A stretch of 64,000 nt of DNA. It comes from an uncultured Bacteroidia bacterium (GTDB lineage: Bacteria > Bacteroidota > Bacteroidia > Palsa-948). Each line of letters begins with the position of its first letter. Within the stretch, counting starts at the first letter, position 1. The stretch covers positions 10,138 to 74,137 of the forward strand of contig CAYZTB010000005.1 of the NCBI GenBank assembly GCA_964481195.1. The letters are read 5' to 3'. Shown here one piece after another: positions 37,724-46,455 of the stretch. The translations under genes and the position numbers were made by a program. The notes below the pieces were generated by a model. That model searched no databases. It was not told the DNA's origin and saw nothing but the letters and a program-made list of their open reading frames with translations.

Positions 37724-39562
37724 ATGTGCGGCATAGTAGCATACATCGGAAATAGGGAAGCATACCCCATATTAATTAAGGGCTTGCAACGGTTAGAATA
37801 CAGGGGTTATGACAGCGCTGGCGTTGCACTCTTAAATTCAAAACTAAATGTTTATAAGTGTAAAGGAAAGGTTTCCGATTTACAAAAGTTTATTGCAAAA
37901 AAAGATATTACTGGCAACATAGGTATTGGGCATACTCGCTGGGCTACACACGGCCCACCCAACGATGTGAACGCACATCCACATTTTTCACAAACAAAAA
38001 ATCTGGTAATTATCCACAATGGTATTATCGAAAATTATGCTCCTATTAAGAAGGAGATGCAAAAGAGAGGACATAAGTTTCAGAGCGATACAGATACTGA
38101 AGTACTGATTCACCTGATTGAGGATATTCAAAAAAATGAGAAAGTACCTCTTGCAGAAGCAGTACGTCAGGCATTAAATGAAGTAATTGGAGCCTATGCC
38201 ATAGTGGTTTTATCAAAAGATAATCCCGATGAATTAATAGCAGCTAAAAAATCAAGTCCCTTAGTTATTGGAATTGGGAAAGATGAATTTTTTGTTGCAT
38301 CAGATGCTACTCCAATTGTAGAGTACACCAAAAACGTAGTTTATTTGGGCGATGAAGAAGTTGCTATTATTCCTAGAAAAGGCAAACTAACTATTAAAAC
38401 TATTAAGAATAAAAAGAAGACTCCTTACATACAAGAGTTGGAATTAAAATTAGAAGCCCTTGAGAAAGGAGGCTTTCCACATTTTATGCTCAAAGAAATA
38501 TATGAGCAGCCGCGTTCTGTGAAAGACAGTATGCGCGGAAGATTAGTTGCCAAAGAAGGAAAAGTTATTTTGGGTGGAATAAAAGAATACGAACAGAAGA
38601 TTATCAACGCAAAGCGCATCATCATTGTTGCTTGCGGAACATCCTGGCACGCAGGTTTAGTTGGAGAGTATTTAATAGAAGATTTGGCTCGCATACCCGT
38701 AGAAGTAGAATATGCCTCTGAGTTTCGCTACAGAAATCCAATTATTGGAGAAGAAGATGTGGTGATTGCCATATCACAATCTGGCGAAACGGCAGATACG
38801 CTTGCAGCAATAGAGCTAGCAAAATCCAAAGGCGCAACTATTATTGGAATCTGCAATGTTGTTGGATCTACCATTCCAAGAACAACGCATGCTGGCTCGT
38901 ATACACATGCCGGTCCAGAAATTGGAGTTGCCTCTACAAAAGCATTTACAGCTCAAATAACACTTTTAACATTAATGGCATTACGCCTAGCCAAAAAGAA
39001 AGGTACTATTTCCCAAACTCGCTATTTTGAACTTTTAAATGAACTGGAAGAAATACCTTCTAAAATCGAAAAAGTTCTTAAGAAGAATGATGAAATAAAG
39101 AAACTTGCTAAAATATTTAAAAACGTACATCACTTTTTATACTTAGGAAGAGGTTATGCTTTCCCCGTTGCACTTGAGGGCGCATTAAAATTAAAAGAGA
39201 TCTCTTACATTCATGCCGAAGGGTATCCTGCTGCTGAAATGAAACATGGACCCATTGCTCTTATTGATAAGAATATGCCCGTAGTGGTAATTGCCACCAA
39301 AGGTGCATCGTATGAAAAAGTAATGAGCAATATTCAGGAAGTAAAAGCCAGAAAAGGAAAAGTAATTGCTATTGTTACTGAAAGAGATAAATCTGCAAAA
39401 CAATATGCAGACTATGTGATAGAAATCCCTGAGACAGACGAAATTCTTGTGCCTCTAATTTCAGTTGTTCCTTTACAACTTTTAGCATATCACATAGCAG
39501 TAATGCGAGGTTGTAATGTTGACCAGCCTCGCAACCTCGCCAAGTCAGTTACAGTTGAATAA
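37724..39562 (+). CDS. glmS: Glutamine--fructose-6-phosphate aminotransferase (isomerising)
   Basis: MCGIVAYIG N-terminal nucleophile, two SIS domains, and the canonical C-terminus CNVDQPRNLAKSVTVE. Confidence 0.95.
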   Translation: MCGIVAYIGNREAYPILIKGLQRLEYRGYDSAGVALLNSKLNVYKCKGKVSDLQKFIAKKDITGNIGIGHTRWATHGPPNDVNAHPHFSQTKNLVIIHNGIIENYAPIKKEMQKRGHKFQSDTDTEVLIHLIEDIQKNEKVPLAEAVRQALNEVIGAYAIVVLSKDNPDELIAAKKSSPLVIGIGKDEFFVASDATPIVEYTKNVVYLGDEEVAIIPRKGKLTIKTIKNKKKTPYIQELELKLEALEKGGFPHFMLKEIYEQPRSVKDSMRGRLVAKEGKVILGGIKEYEQKIINAKRIIIVACGTSWHAGLVGEYLIEDLARIPVEVEYASEFRYRNPIIGEEDVVIAISQSGETADTLAAIELAKSKGATIIGICNVVGSTIPRTTHAGSYTHAGPEIGVASTKAFTAQITLLTLMALRLAKKKGTISQTRYFELLNELEEIPSKIEKVLKKNDEIKKLAKIFKNVHHFLYLGRGYAFPVALEGALKLKEISYIHAEGYPAAEMKHGPIALIDKNMPVVVIATKGASYEKVMSNIQEVKARKGKVIAIVTERDKSAKQYADYVIEIPETDEILVPLISVVPLQLLAYHIAVMRGCNVDQPRNLAKSVTVE

Positions 39563-39571
39563 GATGGGTCT

Positions 39572-39639
39572 GTCAACCCTGAGCATGTCGAAGGGTTGAC
39601 CAGCCTAGTAATCTGGCAAAGAACGTTACTATGGAATAA
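39572..39639 (+). repeat. Hairpin (GTCAACCC/GGGTTGAC) followed by a degenerate in-frame duplicate of the glmS 3' end (encodes VDQPSNLAKNVTME-stop)
   Basis: Read directly from the sequence. Positions 39595-39639 match the last 45 nt of glmS (39518-39562) at about 30 of 45 positions, including an identical 12-mer GTTGACCAGCCT. The stop codon is retained. Confidence 0.6.
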
Positions 39640-39681
39640 AATTCCTTACTCTTTACATACAAAGAGCGTACTTTTTTACCT

Positions 39682-42126
39682 TTGCCCAATATGAAAATCT
39701 CATTTAACTGGCTTAAAAATCATCTTCCACTAGATATTTCTGCTGAAGAAACAGCAGTATTATTAACTGACTGCGGACTAGAAGTAGAAAGTGTAGAAAA
39801 GCACGAATCTGTAAAAGGCGGGTTAGCTGGTTGTGTTATAGGTGAAGTAAAAAGCAAAGAAAAACATCCTGATGCAGATAGATTAAACTTAACAACGGTA
39901 GATACCGGAACTGGCACGTTATTAAATATTGTTTGTGGTGCCGCTAATGTTGCAGTAGGACAAAAAGTTGTGGTTGCCACAGTAGGTAGCACAATCTATC
40001 CTTCAAAAGGCGAACCAATTACACTTAAAAAAGTAAAAATAAGAGGTGCAGTATCTGAAGGAATGATTTGCGCTGAAGATGAGCTGGGCTTAGGAGAATC
40101 TCACGAAGGCATTATGGTTCTTAGCCCTGATGCAAAAATTGGTTCTTCTGCAAAAGGTTATTTTAAAGTTGAGGAAGATTATACCATAGAAATTGGACTA
40201 ACGCCAAATCGTGGTGATGCAGCCTCTCACCGAGGAGTTGCTAGAGATTTGTTTACTGTGCTCAACTGGACATTACAGGAAAATAAATATTCACTAAATA
40301 TTCCATCCGTAGCGCAATTAAAGGTTGGAAATAAAACTGGTAGTATTCAAGTTACGGTTGAAGATGCTGAGGCTTGTCCTCGGTATTCTGGAGTTTCTAT
40401 TACGGGAATTACTGTTAAAGAATCTCCTGATTGGTTAAAGAAAAGATTGTTATCCATTGGGCTTAAACCAATTAATAACATTGTAGATGCAACAAACTTT
40501 ATTTTGCATGATCTTGGACAACCACTACATGCTTTTGATGCAGATAAAATTGCAGGAAATCACGTTATTGTAAAAAAACTAAAAGAAGGAACTAAATTTA
40601 TTTCTTTAGATGGGGTTGAGCGTAAGTTAAGTGCTGAAGATTTAATGATTTGCTCTGCAGAAGAGCCTATGTGTATTGCGGGCGTATTTGGAGGTTTACA
40701 TTCAGGAGTAAGTGGCGTAACAAAAAATATATTTTTAGAAAGCGCTTATTTCTCTTCTGTAACAATCCGAAGATCTTCCAAGCATCATTTGTTAAAAACA
40801 GATGCATCTTTTAGGTTTGAAAGAGGTACGGATCCAACTATTACAACCTATACACTAATGCGTGCCGCTTTGCTTATTCAGGAAATTGCTGGAGGCACCT
40901 TAGCACCAGAAATGATAGATATTTACCCAAATATTATAGAAAATAAAAAGGTGACTTTTTCTTTTTACAATTGCAATCGTCTCATCGGACAAGAAATAAA
41001 CAGAAATAAGATAAAACGAATTTTAGAATTATTAGACATTAACATTATTACCGAAGGCGGGGAAACATTACTGCTATCTATTCCAACCTGTAAATCAGAT
41101 ATTTCCATTGAGGAAGATATTATTGAAGAGATATTAAGAGTTTACGGTTGCAACAACATTGAAATTCCAACAGCTGTACACTCTTCATTATCATATATTT
41201 CAAAACCAGATACCGAAAAAATTAGAAATACAATTTCAGATCAACTATGCGCAAGTGGGTTTACCGAAATAATGTCGAACTCACTTACCAATTCAAAATA
41301 TACTGCTCTTGTTCAAACAGATACTGCAAACACAGTTGAATTACTTAATCCTCTTAGCCCGGAATTAAATGTTTTACGCACCACTCTTCTCTTTAGCGGA
41401 TTAGAAGCAATCGCATATAATCAAAACCGAAAAAATACTGACCTTAAGCTTTTTGAATTTGGAAAAATATATCAGAAATCTTCCAGCAATGGATTTTTTG
41501 AAGAAAACCATTTGGCACTATTTTTATACGGCTCTGCATCGGCAGAAAGATGGTCTGGCAAGCAAGAGCCGGTAAATTTTTATTTACTGAAGGCATTTGT
41601 AGATAATATTTTGGAAAGATTGGCTGTAAATGTTAGCCAAATCTCCGAAATGAGTTCCGATTTTTTTTCATCAGGACTAAGTTACCACGTTAAAAAGAAA
41701 AAAGTTGTTGAGTTCGGATTTGTTAAAAAACAACTTTCAAAATCATTAGATGTAAAGCAAGAAGTTTTTTATGCAGATTTTAACTGGGATGCTGTTGTTG
41801 AGCTAACAAAAGATTCTAAAATAAAATATAAAGAAATTTCTAAATTTCCTGACGTAAGAAGAGACTTAGCTTTGGTAGTTGATAAAAACATAAAGTATGA
41901 TCAACTGGAAAAATTAGCTTTCCAATCAGAAAAAAATCTACTCAAAAAAGTAAATCTATTTGATGTGTACGAAGGGGATAAAATAGAACAAGGCAAAAAA
42001 TCATACGCACTAAGCTTCATCATTCAAAACAACAACGCTACGCTGACCGATTCTGAGGTAGATAAAGTAATACAGAAGCTAATAAAAGTTTATCAGGATC
42101 AAGCTGGAGCAGTCATTCGCTCTTAA
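39682..42126 (+). CDS. pheT: Phenylalanine--tRNA ligase beta subunit
   Basis: N-terminal tRNA-binding domain, B3/B4, B5 and FDX-ACB domains, 814 aa. Confidence 0.95.
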   Translation: MPNMKISFNWLKNHLPLDISAEETAVLLTDCGLEVESVEKHESVKGGLAGCVIGEVKSKEKHPDADRLNLTTVDTGTGTLLNIVCGAANVAVGQKVVVATVGSTIYPSKGEPITLKKVKIRGAVSEGMICAEDELGLGESHEGIMVLSPDAKIGSSAKGYFKVEEDYTIEIGLTPNRGDAASHRGVARDLFTVLNWTLQENKYSLNIPSVAQLKVGNKTGSIQVTVEDAEACPRYSGVSITGITVKESPDWLKKRLLSIGLKPINNIVDATNFILHDLGQPLHAFDADKIAGNHVIVKKLKEGTKFISLDGVERKLSAEDLMICSAEEPMCIAGVFGGLHSGVSGVTKNIFLESAYFSSVTIRRSSKHHLLKTDASFRFERGTDPTITTYTLMRAALLIQEIAGGTLAPEMIDIYPNIIENKKVTFSFYNCNRLIGQEINRNKIKRILELLDINIITEGGETLLLSIPTCKSDISIEEDIIEEILRVYGCNNIEIPTAVHSSLSYISKPDTEKIRNTISDQLCASGFTEIMSNSLTNSKYTALVQTDTANTVELLNPLSPELNVLRTTLLFSGLEAIAYNQNRKNTDLKLFEFGKIYQKSSSNGFFEENHLALFLYGSASAERWSGKQEPVNFYLLKAFVDNILERLAVNVSQISEMSSDFFSSGLSYHVKKKKVVEFGFVKKQLSKSLDVKQEVFYADFNWDAVVELTKDSKIKYKEISKFPDVRRDLALVVDKNIKYDQLEKLAFQSEKNLLKKVNLFDVYEGDKIEQGKKSYALSFIIQNNNATLTDSEVDKVIQKLIKVYQDQAGAVIRS

Positions 42127-42498
42127 TCAAATAAAATTTCTGGAAGAGTAATGTGACGAATGTCTGGTAAATCGTTCACACAGGCGAGTATCTGAAAAAT
42201 CTACTTTGATATTTTTTTTTGCTGGCATAGCTGCTTCATGCCTGTTAATCTTTTTAAACAAAACACTTTTTAGGTTTGTTGACTGCAACACCGTTCGGGA
42301 AACATTTTTAAAATACTTTTTTGCGGCCTTAACACGTGTTGTTTGCAAACTCATTGATCGTAGCTTTTTAATTATTCAAAGGTAATTAGCTGAATGCCAA
42401 AGTCAAATATTCATTCGAATAGTTATTAACCAAATACATTCAAAAATAACCCTCGGACAGCAATCTCTGTAAGGTGAGCAAAGTATAGAGAATCCAAA

Positions 42499-45400
42499 CT
42501 ACCTAACTACATTTACATTTCCAACATAAATAAACTGTTGGCTAAACACATCTACTAAGCTTACTTTCCAAACATATACGTCTTCTTGCATTAAAATTCC
42601 ACTTTGTCCATTCATATCAGACCCACCAGGTTTAACTATGCCATCCCATTGACAATAAGAAGATAAACCATCTTGACCAGGGCTGTCCCAATCTGTATTT
42701 TTTCCTGTATGATGACAATCCCAAATCATATTTCCCCATCTATCAAATATCCAAATATCGTATTCTTTTATTCCTCTACCCTTTCCAAAGAACATATCAT
42801 TAGTTCCGTCTTTATTGGGTGTAAAGGTGTTAGGTATATAAAAAGTAACTTCTGGCAAGATCTCAATTACTTTAGAAATTGTATCCCAGCAACCATAAAT
42901 GTTTTGAACAGTTAATGTAACCGTATAAGAGTAAAAATTATTCGTAGTGGTGGTTGCTGAATAACTATGAATTGGATCCGTATGCGTACTGTCTAATGAT
43001 GATCCATCGCCAAAATTCCACATCCAATTTGTAACATTGGTTGACCATAAATCACAAAAATTAAATGTTGGGTCTGTGATACTTGCAAAATTTGGAGTCA
43101 CACAAAATTGAGCATCGGGCCAGTCATAAATAGTAATGTATAGTGGAGCAGATATTGAATCTACACAACCATAAGTAGAAGTAACAATTAATGAGGCGTT
43201 GTAACTTCCTGGCTTGCTCCAACAAATTGTAGGATTTTGAGAAGTAGAAAAACTTGGATTACCTCCCGGGAATGACCATTGCCAGCTTGTTATAGTACCG
43301 TCAACTGACGTAGACAAATCAGAAAAAGTTGCGCAGGATGGAGCACATCCTTTTACTGAATCAGAAAATAATGCAATGGGTGACTGGTATATTGTAATTG
43401 CACTTGTTGTAGTATCCTTACAGCCGTTTATGGTTGTTACAATAAGTGTGACCGTATAGGCGCCAGAAGATACATACGTATGAGTTGGATGTTGATTTAT
43501 ATCGTTGGGTGAGCCATCGCCAAAATTCCAATTCCAAGCATTGATAGCATTTCCTGCTTGCGTTGTAGAAGCATCAGTAAAATTAGTTGGCGCATTCAAA
43601 CATCCGCTTTGAGAAACAATTGCAGCAGCAGGAATTGGATATACCTGAATAGGAATAGAAGTAACATTTTGACAACCACTATCAGATGTAACTGTTAAAA
43701 TCACAGAAAAAGTTCCTGATAAACTAAATGCATGACATGGGCTTTGCAATGCAGAAGTATTTGCAATTCCGGTGCTAGGATCACCAAAATTCCAACTCCA
43801 AGAAATAATATTGCCTGGATTTACTGTTGAATTATCTGTAAAACATGTCTGCGATCCAAAACAAACTGACGTAGAAGTAAACAATGCAGTGGGCAAAGGA
43901 TTTACAATTGCAAGAAGTTGAATGGAATCCGAACATCCTTCAGCATTGGACACTGTAAGACTTACAGAAAAAGTACCCGGATTATTATATGTATGTGTTG
44001 GATTTTGTATTGAAGAAGTGTTTCCATCGCCAAAATTCCAGCTCCACTGGATTGGAGCACCTGTTGATAAATCCATAAATACAGTAGGATTATTGAAACA
44101 AACAATGGATGAAGAAAAATTAGCAACCGGACTTGGATTTACTGTAACAGTTTGGCTTATAGTATCTGCACATCCGGTGATTGTTGTTACTATTAAAGTA
44201 ACAGAGTAAGTTCCAGGTGAAGCAAAAATATGAGATGGATTCTGTAGCGTATCGAGCGCACTTCCATCGCCAAAATTCCAGCTCCAAGTAGCAATTGGGT
44301 CGCCTATTTGAGCAACAGTTGAATCAATAAAAAAAGTTGTAGCTCCTATACATACTGGGCCAGATCCAAATGCAGCTGCAGGTGTCAATCCTCCAACACC
44401 TCCAGTAACAGCAACTGTTGCTGTATAAGCAACATTGCAACTAGTTGATGCTGTCACAGTATAATTCCCTGGACATAAACCTGTAATCGTTTGAGTGGTT
44501 TGCCCACCAGGAGACCACATTAACAAATAGTTAACCTGATTACAACAAGCTATAATATTCGCAGTAGCAGTACCATTGCAAGTACCACCACAACCCGTAT
44601 TAGAAGGAGTTGAAGTAACAGTAAAATTTTGAACAACAGTAATTGGAGGTATATCAATTTCAGTTACAAAAGCAGTTCCACATGCATACAATTTATTATT
44701 GGGGCCAAGCTTAACATCTGCACAAGTGTTTGAAAGTGAATAGCTAGCTAACGCCACAAGTGAAGAATCATAAACCTGAACATTACTCCCTATACCAACA
44801 TACACTTTGTCGCATTTATCCACGGATAAACCACCTGAGGAAAACATAATACCTCCCGTATTTACTTGGCTTTTAAATGCTCCGGTATTTTTATTCCATT
44901 TCTTAAGTACGTTACCGTCATAGCTATATAAATTACAATAGCTGCAAGTCATTCCGTTGTACCCATTAGCACGATTTGCAACTCCTCCTACATATGTTAC
45001 GCTGTTCCACTCATAAAAAGAATATCCTGTAGGAACTAAAAAAGTATACGGAGCAAGTGCAGGTATAGGAACTTTAAACATTTCATTACTAAACTGTAAG
45101 CCATGAACCAAGCTACGAGCAGTTGACATGTATGCAAAAGTTCCTAATGGATCGATTGTCAATAATACAATATCATGATAACCAATATTTGTTGTAGCAA
45201 TTGAATTAACTGGAGAAATACTTAATAAATTTGTATCAAGCATACAAGTTTGATTGGAAGTATTTGTTCCTCCTCCCCCAATAACAATTTTATTTGTGCA
45301 ACTATTGTATTCAGCACGCCACATTTCTACAAAAGTAGTTGAACCAGGAAATATTGCAGTTTGTATACCGAGTGTATTCACTTTTAATGCTCTAGATCCA

Positions 45401-46407
45401 ACACCGGCATTGTACCCTTCAACTAAATAACTTGTACCTGTATTTTCATCCACTGTAAAATCTCCATATTGCAGTGGACCTAAACCTGCTGCATTAAACA
45501 CCCATAATAGCGCACCTGCAGGACTAAATTTTGCAAGCTTAAAGGGCGTGTGTGATCCATAAGCGTAAACATTTCCATTCTTATCAAAGTTTACATCATA
45601 AGCAACATTGTATCCAGCAAAAGTTGGGTTTGTAACCCAAGGGTCAATTACTATTGTCTTCTTGTTGTTATAACTATCAACATAAAAAAATAATTCATTT
45701 CCTTTTAGAATATAATTTGACTTTAGAATGGTTTTTTCATTTTCATATGTTGTAATTGGTGCATGATCAACAAAATCGCCAAATAAACTTTTTGAAATAA
45801 TGTCGCCATTTGAATTCAAAACCATTCCTGTGGTATTGGGTAATTGTAATCTAACTTTTGATATATCCGCTCCCGGCCTTACAATTATATTATACTTTAT
45901 GCCCTCCTTATTTTTTGGAAAAAAATATTCTACGTCAATGTTTTTGTAAATATTTTTGTAAATTATTTTACTATAGCCTTTAGCTTTTATTGGATTTCCT
46001 AACGAATCAGCATAGGAATAATAATGCGAAACCTCTTCTTCTGCAATAATGTTTACAGCTGGATTTGCGCCTATCCAATGAGCGCTGTAAAAAAATACTT
46101 CAGAATTAGTTTCAGCCTGCTCATTCTCTTCTTGGTTATCTTCCTTTTTTCTTACAGAGGCTTTATCATATCTGTATGTAATTTCTTCTCTGGTAAAAAA
46201 CACTTCAACGCCCGAACTATTAGTAGAAAATAATATTTGCGAAGAGCCTGTATTGCTTTTTCCATCAAACTGTCCTTTATTTTCTATAAATACCTTATGC
46301 CCAAAAGGATTAGTAGCATCCCATCGTTCCTGACTAATGCCCACCAAAGAAAGTAGGAAGCTTCCAATAAATAAAAAAGACTTGCCATGGAGGTTAATTA
46401 CTCTCAT
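42499..46407 (-). CDS. Large secreted adhesin (paralogue B): signal peptide, beta-propeller-like head of about 600 aa, an SprB-like repeat, five PKD domains, and a T9SS type-B CTD
   Basis: The PKD pattern WSWNFGDG... appears five times. The C-terminus YIPNTFTPNKDGTNDMFFGKGRGIKEYDIWIFDRWGN is a type-B CTD. The last 450 aa are about 75% identical to paralogue C. Confidence 0.8.
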   Translation of the reverse strand: MRVINLHGKSFLFIGSFLLSLVGISQERWDATNPFGHKVFIENKGQFDGKSNTGSSQILFSTNSSGVEVFFTREEITYRYDKASVRKKEDNQEENEQAETNSEVFFYSAHWIGANPAVNIIAEEEVSHYYSYADSLGNPIKAKGYSKIIYKNIYKNIDVEYFFPKNKEGIKYNIIVRPGADISKVRLQLPNTTGMVLNSNGDIISKSLFGDFVDHAPITTYENEKTILKSNYILKGNELFFYVDSYNNKKTIVIDPWVTNPTFAGYNVAYDVNFDKNGNVYAYGSHTPFKLAKFSPAGALLWVFNAAGLGPLQYGDFTVDENTGTSYLVEGYNAGVGSRALKVNTLGIQTAIFPGSTTFVEMWRAEYNSCTNKIVIGGGGTNTSNQTCMLDTNLLSISPVNSIATTNIGYHDIVLLTIDPLGTFAYMSTARSLVHGLQFSNEMFKVPIPALAPYTFLVPTGYSFYEWNSVTYVGGVANRANGYNGMTCSYCNLYSYDGNVLKKWNKNTGAFKSQVNTGGIMFSSGGLSVDKCDKVYVGIGSNVQVYDSSLVALASYSLSNTCADVKLGPNNKLYACGTAFVTEIDIPPITVVQNFTVTSTPSNTGCGGTCNGTATANIIACCNQVNYLLMWSPGGQTTQTITGLCPGNYTVTASTSCNVAYTATVAVTGGVGGLTPAAAFGSGPVCIGATTFFIDSTVAQIGDPIATWSWNFGDGSALDTLQNPSHIFASPGTYSVTLIVTTITGCADTISQTVTVNPSPVANFSSSIVCFNNPTVFMDLSTGAPIQWSWNFGDGNTSSIQNPTHTYNNPGTFSVSLTVSNAEGCSDSIQLLAIVNPLPTALFTSTSVCFGSQTCFTDNSTVNPGNIISWSWNFGDPSTGIANTSALQSPCHAFSLSGTFSVILTVTSDSGCQNVTSIPIQVYPIPAAAIVSQSGCLNAPTNFTDASTTQAGNAINAWNWNFGDGSPNDINQHPTHTYVSSGAYTVTLIVTTINGCKDTTTSAITIYQSPIALFSDSVKGCAPSCATFSDLSTSVDGTITSWQWSFPGGNPSFSTSQNPTICWSKPGSYNASLIVTSTYGCVDSISAPLYITIYDWPDAQFCVTPNFASITDPTFNFCDLWSTNVTNWMWNFGDGSSLDSTHTDPIHSYSATTTTNNFYSYTVTLTVQNIYGCWDTISKVIEILPEVTFYIPNTFTPNKDGTNDMFFGKGRGIKEYDIWIFDRWGNMIWDCHHTGKNTDWDSPGQDGLSSYCQWDGIVKPGGSDMNGQSGILMQEDVYVWKVSLVDVFSQQFIYVGNVNVVR

Positions 46408-46455
46408 TAATTATTGTTTAAAAAAATAGTACTCAAAAAAAGTAATCCGCAATAA

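Noticed and set aside
42127-42354. 75-aa minus-strand ORF abutting the pheT stop
   Set aside because: It has no motifs and a basic low-complexity composition. It lies in an AT-rich intergenic region containing a T9 run and has no promoter element. It is probably non-coding.
43922-44209. Antisense ORFs (60-110 aa) within the adhesin genes, for example 43922-44209, 54358-54642, 51749-52027 and 6460-6792
   Set aside because: They are a by-product of the G/T/S/P-rich PKD coding sequence read in reverse and show no conservation between paralogues in those frames.
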